Source: Vulcanimicrobiota bacterium (GTDB lineage Bacteria; Vulcanimicrobiota; Vulcanimicrobiia; Vulcanimicrobiales; Vulcanimicrobiaceae). Taken from it: a DNA stretch of 64,000 nucleotides. The stretch's first letter is position 1. Each line of letters opens with the position of its first letter. Shown here one piece after another: positions 17,238 to 26,785 of the stretch. Made by a program: the position numbers and the translations under genes. Location: positions 220,040 to 284,039 of the forward strand of contig CAVVZD010000003.1 of assembly GCA_963752765.1 (NCBI GenBank), read 5' to 3'. The notes below the pieces were generated by a model. It worked only from the letters and a program-made list of their open reading frames with translations. It had not been told where the DNA came from and searched no databases.

Positions 17238-18503
17238 GTGCAGTTTATCGATGAAGCAACGATCACCGTTGCCGCAGGAAACGGAGGCGATGGAATGGTC
17301 GCCTGGCGCCGTGAGAAATTTATTCCGAAGGGTGGTCCCGCCGGCGGGGACGGAGGACATGGCGGCAGCGTTTACGTCGAGGCGATGCCGGAGCTCTCAA
17401 CGCTCGTTGAGTTTCGCTTCAAACGCCGCTTTGCTGCCCCCTCCGGCAAACCGGGTGGTCCTTCGAACAAATCCGGACGCAGCGGCGACGATCTCACCGT
17501 CACCGTCCCGGTGGGGACGCTGGTGTACCGCGCGCTCGAAGGAAGAGCCGAAACATTCTTGGCCGATCTCGCACAGCCCGGTGCGCGCGCATTGGTCGCA
17601 AAAGGCGGCCGCGGCGGGTTGGGCAACCAACACTTCGCCACCAGCGTTCGGCAGGCGCCACGCTTTGCCGAAAATGGTGAGGCCGGAGAGCAATGCACGC
17701 TGCGGCTCGAACTCCGGCTGCTCGCCGATTGCGGCATTATCGGCGTGCCCAACGCCGGCAAATCGACGCTGCTCTCCGTCGTGTCGGCAGCGCGGCCCAA
17801 AATCGCGGATTATCCGTTTACGACCACTGAACCGCAGCTCGGTGTGGTGCGCGTTTCTGACGACGAGTCGTTTGTGATGGTCGACGTGCCGGGTTTGATC
17901 GAAGGCGCCCACGCCGGCGCCGGCTTGGGCGATTTGTTCCTCAAACACGTCGAGCGGACGCGCGCGCTCATCCATCTGCTCGATGGATCCAAGCCGCTCG
18001 ATGCGATCTTGCACGACAAGGAAACCATCGAGAGCGAGCTACGTGCATGGAACGAGCATTTGCTCGAAAAACCAACCCTGCTCGTGTTGAACAAGCTCGA
18101 CGTGCCCGAGGCGCGAGAACGTTTGGAACAGTTGCGAGAGCGCTTCGGCGAAATACGCGGCATCAGCGCGGCCACGCAGGATGGTGTGCACGAGCTCGTT
18201 TACTCCGCGTGGCAAACAATTGCTCGCGCACCCGCGCCACAGATCGTCTCGCAGCAAGCGGCGAGAATCGAGCTCGTCCCACACGACTTTTTTAGGATCG
18301 AGCGAGCGCGCGACGGAGCCTTCGAAATCTTCGGCGAGCAGATCGAGCGGCTCGCCGCGATGACGGACTTCGATTCCGACGAGGCTCTCGCGCGCTTCGA
18401 GCGCGCGCTCCATCGGATGGGCGTCGAGAAAAAATTGCGCGACTTAGGGGCCGTCGAAGGGGATACGGTGCGCATCGGGCAGTACGAGTTTACGTATTCA
18501 TGA
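17238..18503 (+). CDS. obg: GTPase Obg/CgtA
   Basis: Obg-fold N-terminus (FIDEATITVAAGNGGDG), G1 GVPNAGKST, G3 DVPGLIEGA, G4 NKLD. GTG start. Confidence 0.95.
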   Translation: MQFIDEATITVAAGNGGDGMVAWRREKFIPKGGPAGGDGGHGGSVYVEAMPELSTLVEFRFKRRFAAPSGKPGGPSNKSGRSGDDLTVTVPVGTLVYRALEGRAETFLADLAQPGARALVAKGGRGGLGNQHFATSVRQAPRFAENGEAGEQCTLRLELRLLADCGIIGVPNAGKSTLLSVVSAARPKIADYPFTTTEPQLGVVRVSDDESFVMVDVPGLIEGAHAGAGLGDLFLKHVERTRALIHLLDGSKPLDAILHDKETIESELRAWNEHLLEKPTLLVLNKLDVPEARERLEQLRERFGEIRGISAATQDGVHELVYSAWQTIARAPAPQIVSQQAARIELVPHDFFRIERARDGAFEIFGEQIERLAAMTDFDSDEALARFERALHRMGVEKKLRDLGAVEGDTVRIGQYEFTYS

Positions 18504-18522
18504 GTGCAGCAGTTCGGATTGT

Positions 18523-19134
18523 ATGAGGCTCGGAATTTTTGGCGGGACGTTTGACCCGATCCACAACGCGCATCTGTTTGTGGCAGAATCGGCTCGCATC
18601 CTCGAAGGACTTGACCGAATACTATTCCTTCCCGCGGGCAATCAGCATTACCGGGAAAAGCCGGAGACGGCGCCGGAACATCGCTGCTCGATGATTCTCG
18701 GAGCGATTGCGAGCAATCCGGCCTTTGGGCTCGACGATACGGACTTGCGCGCCGATGCCACGGGCTATACTGCCGATTTGCTTCTTCGTTTGCAGGGGAG
18801 TTATCCCGACGCTCGCTTCACCTTCATCATTGGAGCGGATTCGCTGGTCAACTCGACCTGGGTACGCTTTGACGAAGTTCTCGAAGCGCTCGAGAAGCTC
18901 TGCATTGCACCACGACCGGGCGTCCGCACCGATGCGCTGCAGCGGGTGATCGCCGCAGTTCCCAACACCCTGCGCGAGCGCATCAGCACGCTGAACTTGC
19001 CCGAAGTTCCTAACTCCGGCACGCTCGTTCGAACGCTCCTCTCGCAAGGACGCAGCGTGCGGTATCTCGTTCCGGAACCGGTTTGGCAGTATATCGTCGC
19101 GCACGAACTGTACGGCATCAATGGGGCGACGTAG
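18523..19134 (+). CDS. nadD: nicotinate-nucleotide adenylyltransferase
   Basis: GIFGGTFDPIHNAH nucleotidyltransferase motif. 203 aa, in the usual position downstream of obg. Confidence 0.92.
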   Translation: MRLGIFGGTFDPIHNAHLFVAESARILEGLDRILFLPAGNQHYREKPETAPEHRCSMILGAIASNPAFGLDDTDLRADATGYTADLLLRLQGSYPDARFTFIIGADSLVNSTWVRFDEVLEALEKLCIAPRPGVRTDALQRVIAAVPNTLRERISTLNLPEVPNSGTLVRTLLSQGRSVRYLVPEPVWQYIVAHELYGINGAT

Positions 19135-19525
19135 CCCGGCGGTTTTTGTTGCGCTGCTCGCCGGCTGCGCGGCGCAAACCTCAGCCAACGATGCTGCCGT
19201 CTGCGATGCCTTCCAGAATGCCCGATCGCATGTTGAAGTCGTTGCGGACGGCACGGTGACCCGAGTGCTCGGTATTGCGCCGGGTGTCGTCAGCCCGCAC
19301 GAAGGGTTCTTGATGCGCTTAAACAGCGGCTGCGCTACGATCGTGCGTGTTGAGGTCAATACGGATCTGGCCGGAACATTTCCAGTTGCACGCGGTGCCC
19401 GCGTCACGGTCAAAGGCGAGTACGAATACTATCCGCTCGGCGGCGTGATTCATTGGACTCACCACGACCCGCGCGGGCGTCACGAAGCCGGTTTCATCGA
19501 AATCGGCGGCAAGACGTACGAATAG
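19121..19525 (+). CDS. DUF3465-like lipoprotein
   Basis: Lipobox ALLAGC. The C-terminal GEYEYYPLGGVIHWTHHDPRGRHEAGFIEIGGKTYE matches my recollection of the DUF3465 signature (GEYEWN.KGGVIHWTHHDP). Confidence 0.65.
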   Translation: MGRRSPAVFVALLAGCAAQTSANDAAVCDAFQNARSHVEVVADGTVTRVLGIAPGVVSPHEGFLMRLNSGCATIVRVEVNTDLAGTFPVARGARVTVKGEYEYYPLGGVIHWTHHDPRGRHEAGFIEIGGKTYE

Positions 19526-19551
19526 CGAGCGGGTGAGATACCCCGAGCCCC

Positions 19552-20661
19552 TCAGGCCAATTGTTTGCGGTAGCGCAGCACGCTCACCGTGAGCAAGATC
19601 GCCGTGAAGAGGAACAGCGCGAGAAAGTTCGGCCAAAGGTCGTCGATGCCGCTACCTTTGACGAGCGCTCCGCGCGCGATCACGGCCCAGTTCGCAACGG
19701 GATTGGGGACCGTAAGTGGCTGCAGCCATTTCGGCATCGCTTCGACGGGCGTGAATGCCCCGGATAAGACCGCAAGCGGCGGATTGAGAAAAAACACCGC
19801 CAACTGCGCCTGAAGCGCGTTTTTTGCCAGCGTTGCTACGAACATGCCCAACGCGATCCCAGAAAGCACGCACAGCGCGCCACCGCAGACGACGAGCCCG
19901 ACGCTTCCGTGAACCGGGACGCCGAAGACGAGGCGAATCGCCGCGATCGAAGCGGTTCCCATCGTGCCGAGCAAGAGGAAGAGCGGGATGATTTTTGCGA
20001 CGATGATTTCGGACGTCGCGGCGGGCGACATCAGCAGCTGGTCGATCGTGCCGGCCGACCGCTCCTTGATCATCATCGTCGAGCAGATCATCGAGCCGTT
20101 GAGAATCATGAGCATTCCCAGCACGCCGCAGACCATGAACCAGGATCCGACGAGTCCGGGATTGTTGAGAAATGCGGGCATCAATTGAACCGGCCGGCCC
20201 GCTCCAAGGGAGTGAAATCGCTCGAGATTGTCGACCTGAATGACCTCCGAAGCGTACCCTTGCGCGATCTCGGCGGTGTTCGCGTTGGTGGCGTTGAGCA
20301 AGAACTGAACCCGCGCGACTCGGCCGCGGTACGGATCGCGCACGTAACCGTAGGGAATGACCACGCCGGCGTCGAGGGTGCCGACCTGGATCGCGCGTCC
20401 CAGCGATGCGGCTGACGGATAGTAACCCGCCAGTTTGAACGCCCGGCTCTCGGTGAGCGCGGAAACGAGCTCGCGGCTTTCGGGGGTTCGCGATTCGTCG
20501 AGCACTCCGAGGGGCAAATCGGTCACATTCGCACTGAGGACGAATCCGAAGACGCACAGCTGGATGAGCGGTGCCAAAATGGCGACGAAGGCGATGCGCC
20601 TGTCGTGGCGCATCTGTTGGAGCTCCTTGAAGAGCAGCGCGCGGAAGCGAGAGCCAAACAT
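19552..20661 (-). CDS. ABC-2 type transporter permease (YbhS/YbhR-like)
   Basis: 369 aa: N-terminal TM helix, a large first loop, then five C-terminal TM helices. Paralogous to the next gene. Confidence 0.85.
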   Translation of the reverse strand: MFGSRFRALLFKELQQMRHDRRIAFVAILAPLIQLCVFGFVLSANVTDLPLGVLDESRTPESRELVSALTESRAFKLAGYYPSAASLGRAIQVGTLDAGVVIPYGYVRDPYRGRVARVQFLLNATNANTAEIAQGYASEVIQVDNLERFHSLGAGRPVQLMPAFLNNPGLVGSWFMVCGVLGMLMILNGSMICSTMMIKERSAGTIDQLLMSPAATSEIIVAKIIPLFLLLGTMGTASIAAIRLVFGVPVHGSVGLVVCGGALCVLSGIALGMFVATLAKNALQAQLAVFFLNPPLAVLSGAFTPVEAMPKWLQPLTVPNPVANWAVIARGALVKGSGIDDLWPNFLALFLFTAILLTVSVLRYRKQLA

Positions 20662-20678
20662 TAGTATAGTAGCTGCAT

Positions 20679-21782
20679 CTAGTATTTAAGCTGCATGTTG
20701 CGCGTGCTTCGCCAAGCGTTGCCATAGAACGCCGCGCCTATCGCCGCGATGGCCAGCGCCTTGTACCAAGTCGCCGGCCAGCCCGCGCCTTGCAAGAACG
20801 CGTCGCGGGCGATTTCGATATAGTACCGGCCCCACACAAAGTTGGAGATCCAGCGCAGTTGAATTGGAATGTTCTCGATCGGAAAGAGCAGGCCCGACAT
20901 GATGAACACGAGCAGGAATCCGCCGAGCGCGACGATCGAGATCGCGCCGAGCTGATTGGGAATCGCAACGCCGACCATCACCCCGAAAGCCGCCACGCAA
21001 AACGCGTACAGCACCGATCCAACCAAAAAGGACGTCGGATCGACGACGAACCTAACGCCGAAATACGTAAAGAGCAGGGTGCTCAAGATCAACGCTTCAC
21101 CGGCAAAGATCACCATGATGGCGAAGATCTTGCCCAGCAAGTACTCGTGCGCCGAGATGTTCGACACGTAGATCTGGAGGATCGTCTTCTCTTCGCCTTC
21201 GCGCGCTACCGACAGCGCTGCGAGCAGCGTCGGGAAGAGCGTGAGCACGAGCACGAAGATTCCGGGACCGTAAAACTTTTTTGAATCAAGGCCCGGGTTG
21301 AACCAAAGCCGGATGGCCGCTTGGATACCGTGCGGCTGCCGTAACGCAAGCTGGGCGTTAAACGCGTCCACGACGGATAGCGCATATCCGGTGACGAGCT
21401 TGGCCGTGTTTGCGTCCGTACCGTCGACGAGCAGCTGTACGTCGGCGGACTGCTGCAGCGCGAGTTCTCGCCCAAAGTGCTCGGGAATGATCAAGACGCC
21501 GCGCACCTTGCTTCCCGCCAACGCGCGCACGGGGTTCCGTTGCACCGGCCACGACACGACACGAAACGTCAAAGAAGCACGAAAGGCGTCGATCAAGCGA
21601 ATCGAGGCTTGCGAACCGTCGAGATTTTGCACGACCAGCGGCATGTCGTCGACCGTCAGCGAGATTGCCGTGCCCATCAGCAGCAACAAGAACGCCGGCA
21701 GCACGAGCGCAAGCGTCAGCGCCAACCGGTCGCGAATGAGTTGTGTCAGCTCCTTGCGCACCTGAGCGAAGATGCGGCGCAC
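20679..21782 (-). CDS. ABC-2 type transporter permease (YbhS/YbhR-like)
   Basis: 367 aa with the same architecture. Abuts the ATPase gene stop (21783). Confidence 0.85.
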   Translation of the reverse strand: MRRIFAQVRKELTQLIRDRLALTLALVLPAFLLLLMGTAISLTVDDMPLVVQNLDGSQASIRLIDAFRASLTFRVVSWPVQRNPVRALAGSKVRGVLIIPEHFGRELALQQSADVQLLVDGTDANTAKLVTGYALSVVDAFNAQLALRQPHGIQAAIRLWFNPGLDSKKFYGPGIFVLVLTLFPTLLAALSVAREGEEKTILQIYVSNISAHEYLLGKIFAIMVIFAGEALILSTLLFTYFGVRFVVDPTSFLVGSVLYAFCVAAFGVMVGVAIPNQLGAISIVALGGFLLVFIMSGLLFPIENIPIQLRWISNFVWGRYYIEIARDAFLQGAGWPATWYKALAIAAIGAAFYGNAWRSTRNMQLKY

Positions 21783-23699
21783 TTATGCGGCGTCTCCGAA
21801 GCGCTCCACGGCGCCGATGAAGACGTCTTCGAGCGAGAACTGCGCTTGCCGTGCGTCGATCACTCGAACGCCGCCGTTTTGTAGTTGCTCGCGGATGCTA
21901 CGTATCGCGCGTTCGACGTCGCCGTCGACGACCACGTGGAGGCGGTCACCGAACAGCGAGACGCGCCAGCGGCCCCGATCGCGCTGCAGCATTGTCGCGG
22001 CCTTGTGCACGTCGTCGACGCGGATTTCCAGCAGCGAACCCTGCTGGCGCGATTTCACCTCCGTAGGCGTGCCTTGCGCGATCAGCCTGCCGGCCGCCAT
22101 GAATCCGAGCCGGCTACACTGCTCGGCTTCTTCGAGATAATGCGTCGTGACGAGCACGGCGGTTCCGGCTTCGGCCAGCCGATCGATCACGTTCCAGAAG
22201 CTTCGGCGTGCGATCGGATCCACGCCCGACGTCGGTTCGTCCAAGAACAACACCGCGGGCTCATGCATGATGGCGGACCCAAAAGCGACGCGTTGCTTCC
22301 AACCGCCGGGCAAGCTGCCGATGATCGCGTGCTCCTTGTCCGCGAGCCCGGCGAACTCGAGGACCCAGGCAATTTTTTCGGCACGTTCGGTCTTAGGCAC
22401 GCCGTAGACCCCGGCGAAGAACTCGAGGTTCTCCAGGACGGATAGATCGTCGTAGAGAGAAAACTTCTGCGACATATAGCCGACGCGGCTGCGCACGTCG
22501 GCGGATCGAATGCTTCCGCTGGCGCCGGCCAGGATCGTGGCCCCCGACGTCGGCGCAAGCAATCCACAAAGCATGCGGATCGTCGTCGTCTTTCCGGCAC
22601 CGTTGGCCCCGAGTAACCCGTAGACTTCGCCGAAGCGAACCTCAAGGCTCAAGTCGTTGACTGCCGTAAAGGTTCCAAACCGTTTGGTGAGCGATGCCGC
22701 GCCGATCGCGACTCCGGTCAAGTTCGTGACGGCACTTCGCCGCATCGGAAACGATCCGACGGCCGGCGGGGGACTCGAAGCCCGGATCGACGTGACGAAA
22801 ACGTTTTCGAGCGTCGGTTCGTCCGAACGAACCTCCTTTAGCGCAATGCGCTCGTACGTCAGAACGTCGATGACGTCGCTTTGAACGCGTTCGACTTGGC
22901 TGTCGTTTGCCAAGACGTCGAGATGGTCGCCGAAACGCTGAACGTCGACGACGTCCGGGCACGATTCGAGCGCCCTGGTGGCGTGGCCCAACTGGAGCAC
23001 GTCGTCCAAGTACACCACCAAACGTTTGACTTGCAAGTCGTTTCGCAAGGCCGCAGGCGTATTCAACTCTTTGATTTCGCCCAGATGCATGAGCGCGACG
23101 CGATTGCAGCGTTCGGCCTCGTCGAGATACGGCGTGGCGACCAGAACCGTAAGACCTTCGGTGGCTAAATGTGCAAGCGAATCCCAAAACTCACGCCGAG
23201 ACACCGGATCGACGCCGGTCGTGGGTTCGTCCAGTAACAAGACCTGCGGTTCGGGAACGAGCGCGCAAACCAAAGCGAGCTTCTTCTGCATGCCGCCGCT
23301 GAGCTGCCCCGCAAGCCTGTTCTCAAACGGTGCCATGCCGAACAGCTCGAGGTAGCGCCGGCCGCGAGCGACGATCGCTTCGGGCGGTGCCAATCGAAGA
23401 TCGCCGACGTACCGAATGTTCTCCATCACGGTCAGATCCTGATAGAGTGTGAACCCCTGCGTCAAATAGCCGGTTTTTAGGCGCGCGTCGCGTGCCGATT
23501 GCCCGAACACCTCGGCGCTTCCCGAGGTTGGGCTCATTACGCCAGCCAGAATTTCAAACGTCGTCGTTTTTCCAGCCCCGTCGGGGCCGATGACGCCGAA
23601 AATCTCACCCTTTGCGACGTCGAAGGTGATTCCGCGTACCGCTTCCAGCTCGCCGTAGCGCTTGCGCAGGTCGCGAATTGCAATCGCTACTTCGGCCAC
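21783..23699 (-). CDS. ABC transporter ATP-binding protein with two fused NBDs (YbhF-like)
   Basis: Two full motif sets: GPDGAGKTT / LSGGMQKKL / LLLDEPT and GANGAGKTT / LPGGWKQRV / LFLDEPT. Confidence 0.9.
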   Translation of the reverse strand: MAEVAIAIRDLRKRYGELEAVRGITFDVAKGEIFGVIGPDGAGKTTTFEILAGVMSPTSGSAEVFGQSARDARLKTGYLTQGFTLYQDLTVMENIRYVGDLRLAPPEAIVARGRRYLELFGMAPFENRLAGQLSGGMQKKLALVCALVPEPQVLLLDEPTTGVDPVSRREFWDSLAHLATEGLTVLVATPYLDEAERCNRVALMHLGEIKELNTPAALRNDLQVKRLVVYLDDVLQLGHATRALESCPDVVDVQRFGDHLDVLANDSQVERVQSDVIDVLTYERIALKEVRSDEPTLENVFVTSIRASSPPPAVGSFPMRRSAVTNLTGVAIGAASLTKRFGTFTAVNDLSLEVRFGEVYGLLGANGAGKTTTIRMLCGLLAPTSGATILAGASGSIRSADVRSRVGYMSQKFSLYDDLSVLENLEFFAGVYGVPKTERAEKIAWVLEFAGLADKEHAIIGSLPGGWKQRVAFGSAIMHEPAVLFLDEPTSGVDPIARRSFWNVIDRLAEAGTAVLVTTHYLEEAEQCSRLGFMAAGRLIAQGTPTEVKSRQQGSLLEIRVDDVHKAATMLQRDRGRWRVSLFGDRLHVVVDGDVERAIRSIREQLQNGGVRVIDARQAQFSLEDVFIGAVERFGDAA

Positions 23700-24814
23700 G
23701 TTCCACCGACGAGAATTTGACCGTCGGCGGGCATGCCCGGCTTAGCGTACCCGAAGCCGCTGCGAAGGCCGAGCTTGACGCCGAAAACCTGCTGCACGCG
23801 GTCGCTTTGAAAATACGTGTTTTCCGGTGTGAACATCGCTTCGGGGTCGATGCGCATAACGTACGCGTCGATCGGATGCGTTGGATCGGAGTCGAGGAAG
23901 ACGCGCGCCGACTGACCGAGTTTCACTCGCCCGATCTGGCCCTCCGGAATGAATCCGCGCAGATAAACCTTGTCCAAGTTGAGAAGCGTGACGACCGGCG
24001 TGCCGGCGGCGAGCACTTCGCCCGGCTCTGCGGTGCGAACGAGCACCGTTCCCGCAAAAGGCGCGCGGATCGTTAAGTCGCGCAGATTGGCACGCGCTTG
24101 GTCGAGCTCGGCGAGCGCGGCAGCAACGGAAGAGCTTTGCTGCGAAATTTGCGCTCCAACCGCCGCCGCCTGCTGCTCGCGGATCGGTGCGTTGGCGTAG
24201 CCCGACGTAGCGGAAGTGAGCTGGCCTTGCGCGGCTTGAGCGCGCTTCTGTGCGGCCTTGAGGGCGCTTTCCGCCTGTTGTGCGTCGGAAACGGCACTGT
24301 TACGCTGTAGCTCGGCGATATCGCCGGTCGCGTACAGGCTCTGGCTGATCCTCTCGTTGTACGCGGCGAGCCGGTAGGAGGCCTCGGCTTGCGAAACTTG
24401 CGCCCGGGCCGCAGCCACTTGTGACTGCGCAGCGCTGACGTCGCCCGCGGTGCCAACGTTCGCTTGTCCCGTTGCCAACTGCGCTTGGCGCAACTGCGCC
24501 TGCAACACGGGGACCTGCCGCTCGGCGGCGGTCACGCGAGCTGTTGTGTCGGCGACGGCAGCGCGCGCTTGCGCGTCGTCGAGGGTCGCGATGACCTCGC
24601 CAGCCGCCACCATGTCGCCTTCACGCACGCGAATCGACACGAGCCGTCCCGCCATTTTCGAAGCGACGGCTGAGTCATCACCTTCGATGCGGCCGCTCAG
24701 ATCGATCACGTTATCCGGCGAACGCGAGCAGCTCATGAGGATCAGCATTGCGAGAACTCCTCCGGCGCGCGCGGAGCGAAGAAGGCGTTGATCCATCCGA
24801 AGACGCACCCGCAC
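23687..24814 (-). CDS. HlyD-family periplasmic adaptor (YbhG-like)
   Basis: N-terminal anchor/lipobox-like LILMSC, a long A/Q-rich coiled-coil hairpin, and a beta-rich C-terminus. Overlaps the ATPase start by 13 nt. The true start may be ATG 24796. Confidence 0.85.
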   Translation of the reverse strand: MRVRLRMDQRLLRSARAGGVLAMLILMSCSRSPDNVIDLSGRIEGDDSAVASKMAGRLVSIRVREGDMVAAGEVIATLDDAQARAAVADTTARVTAAERQVPVLQAQLRQAQLATGQANVGTAGDVSAAQSQVAAARAQVSQAEASYRLAAYNERISQSLYATGDIAELQRNSAVSDAQQAESALKAAQKRAQAAQGQLTSATSGYANAPIREQQAAAVGAQISQQSSSVAAALAELDQARANLRDLTIRAPFAGTVLVRTAEPGEVLAAGTPVVTLLNLDKVYLRGFIPEGQIGRVKLGQSARVFLDSDPTHPIDAYVMRIDPEAMFTPENTYFQSDRVQQVFGVKLGLRSGFGYAKPGMPADGQILVGGTWPK

Positions 24815-24825
24815 CTGTTACTGCA

Positions 24826-25446
24826 ATGAGCGAACGTGGTCCCCTCACGAGAATTGTCTTGGCAAGCGGCTCGCCCCGGCGTTTTGAGTTGTTGCGTTCG
24901 CTCGGACTGAGCGTCGAGACAATTGCAAGCGACTATCAGGAACCGCCGATGCGGCAGGTGCGGCCGCCGGAATTAGCCAGCCTCCATGCGCATGAAAAAC
25001 TGGCCGCGGTACGGGACGCAACGCACGGCGACCTGCCGGTGGTGGCTGCCGACACGGTCGTTGATCTGGATGGAACCGCGTTCGGAAAGCCGCGCGACCC
25101 GCAGGAAGCGACTGAAATGCTGCGCTGCCTATCGGGGCGAGAACATCGCGTGCATACGGCATTTGCCCTCGCATTGCCCGCTCGGGATTCTTGGATCGAA
25201 GAGCGCTCGACCTCACGGGTGCGCTTCTATCGGTTGATGGAAACGGAGATCGCCGAGTACGTAGCCACCGGCGATCCCCTCGACAAGGCGGGAGCCTACG
25301 GCATTCAAGGATGGGCTGCAGGCATGGTCGAGTCGATCGACGGCGACTTTTATACCGTCATGGGCTTTCCGCTCGGCCGTTTCATCCGAGCGCTGCGGCG
25401 GTCGGGATTCTCACTGCCGATGGCGAAAAGGACGCTAGCTTCATAG
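24826..25446 (+). CDS. maf: Maf-like nucleoside triphosphate pyrophosphatase
   Basis: RIVLASGSPRR, ADTVV and KAGAYGIQG motifs. The start is placed at ATG 24826 (MSERGPL...). Confidence 0.9.
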   Translation: MSERGPLTRIVLASGSPRRFELLRSLGLSVETIASDYQEPPMRQVRPPELASLHAHEKLAAVRDATHGDLPVVAADTVVDLDGTAFGKPRDPQEATEMLRCLSGREHRVHTAFALALPARDSWIEERSTSRVRFYRLMETEIAEYVATGDPLDKAGAYGIQGWAAGMVESIDGDFYTVMGFPLGRFIRALRRSGFSLPMAKRTLAS

Positions 25447-25464
25447 GTTCAAAGGGGCGGATCC

Positions 25465-26268
25465 ATTTTCACGTACCGGGACGAACGTAAACTCTTCGCG
25501 CTGATCACCATCATTATCGTGACGGCGCTCGTTGCGCTCATGCAGATCGACGCCGAGCGTACCGGCTCGCAAAGTCCGATTGGGGCGGTAGCGACGTCGG
25601 TGTTCGACGTCGGCCAAACGGTGATCGCGAGAACGTTCGACATGGCCCGCTCGGCCGGCATCGGGGTTGTTGCTCTGCCCAGCCTCGCGCGACAGAACGC
25701 TGCGCTGGCGGCGCAGAACCGCCAGCTGATTGAGGACAACGCGCGATTGCACGAACTCGCGGCGGCCTACGCTGCCGAAACGGCGATTCGACCGAACGTC
25801 AATCTTTTTAACGGAATTGAAGCGCGCGTCGTCGGCTTCCCACCCGAAAACGAAACACAAGCCGTAACGATTGATAAAGGATCGTTTGCGGGCGTTCGGC
25901 GAGACGACGGCGTTGTTGATAGCAACGGCGTCGTGGGTCACGTCGCGTCGGTTGGTCCGCTCACCAGCACCGTGACCTTGGTCACGGATTACACGAGCCG
26001 CATCCCGGCGGTCGTGCGGAGCGGTCGCTGGTGGGGAATCGCACGCGGCAATCTCACCAGCGTGCGTATGGAGTACATTCCCGAGGACGCGCCGCTGCGA
26101 GCCGGCGACGTCGTCGTTACCGGCGAAGGCCGCGCGTTTCACGCGGGCGTGCCGCTGGGGATCGTGGAGTCCGTCGAACGCGGCGATACGACGTTGTACC
26201 AAACTGCCGTCGTAAAACCGTCGGCTGCCTTGGGTGCGCTCGACCGCGTTGTTGTCATACCGCAGTAA
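25465..26268 (+). CDS. mreC: rod shape-determining protein MreC (start assigned to ATT 25465; first canonical start GTG 25519 would truncate the TM helix)
   Basis: Coiled-coil NAALAAQNRQLIEDNARLHEL and beta-barrel domains (GVRRDDGVVDSNGVVGHV, GDVVVTGEG). The upstream in-frame codons encode IFTYRDERKLFALITIIIVTALVAL (basic stretch plus TM). AAAGGGG lies 7 nt before the ATT. Confidence 0.8.
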   Translation: MFTYRDERKLFALITIIIVTALVALMQIDAERTGSQSPIGAVATSVFDVGQTVIARTFDMARSAGIGVVALPSLARQNAALAAQNRQLIEDNARLHELAAAYAAETAIRPNVNLFNGIEARVVGFPPENETQAVTIDKGSFAGVRRDDGVVDSNGVVGHVASVGPLTSTVTLVTDYTSRIPAVVRSGRWWGIARGNLTSVRMEYIPEDAPLRAGDVVVTGEGRAFHAGVPLGIVESVERGDTTLYQTAVVKPSAALGALDRVVVIPQ

Positions 26269-26785
26269 GGGCTCAAAACGCCGCCTCGCGCCGCACGCGC
26301 GTACGCAATGGCAGACCGTGGTGCTCCTGTGCGCGCTCGCCGTTCTCGCGCAAGCGACGCTCGTTCATTACATTGCGATTCGAGGAACGGTACCAAGCCC
26401 GGTCTTGGTTGTGGTCGTTTGGTATGCGATCCGCGTCGACGCTCGGCGGGCGGCGCTGTACGGTCTCTTCGCGGGGCTCTGCGAAGACGCGCTGTCCGGT
26501 ACGACGGGCGCCGCGTGGACCGTCTCGACGTCGCTAACCGCAGCCTTTACCAGCGTCCTTTCGCGTGATTTTTTCGCCGATTCCATCCCGCTGGCGGCGA
26601 CGATGACGGTCGCGGCAACGCTGATGCGGGCGCTCTTGTTCTGGACCGTGATGTCTTTTGAGGGCTACCCTGCCGGCTTAGCCGCACTGCATTTCCATCA
26701 AGCGCTCTGGCAAGCGGCGTTCAACGTCGTTCTCATGATCGTAGCGCTCGTCGTATTGCGACGGCTGGAACCGCAACGCGCGTGA
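26234..26785 (+). CDS. mreD: rod shape-determining protein MreD
   Basis: Polytopic hydrophobic protein downstream of mreC (VLLCALAVLAQATLVHYIAIRGTVPSPVLVVVVWYAI...). The real start may be GTG 26318 or 26321 rather than TTG 26234, which overlaps mreC by 35 nt. Confidence 0.7.
   Translation: MRSTALLSYRSKGSKRRLAPHARTQWQTVVLLCALAVLAQATLVHYIAIRGTVPSPVLVVVVWYAIRVDARRAALYGLFAGLCEDALSGTTGAAWTVSTSLTAAFTSVLSRDFFADSIPLAATMTVAATLMRALLFWTVMSFEGYPAGLAALHFHQALWQAAFNVVLMIVALVVLRRLEPQRA

Noticed and set aside
19652-20725. 357-aa minus-strand ORF overlapping both ABC-2 permease genes
   Set aside because: The translation is R/A/P/G-rich and low-complexity, typical of off-frame reading of GC-rich coding DNA. 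The alternative frame gives clean permeases.
25444-25446. Stop-codon readthrough fusions: maf-TAG-mreC here, and cca-TGA-parA at 39964-39966. In both cases the two genes share a frame and are separated by a single stop.
   Set aside because: Fusing unrelated enzymes is biologically implausible, and each downstream gene has a Shine-Dalgarno-like element before a near-cognate start codon. The shared frame is most simply coincidence.
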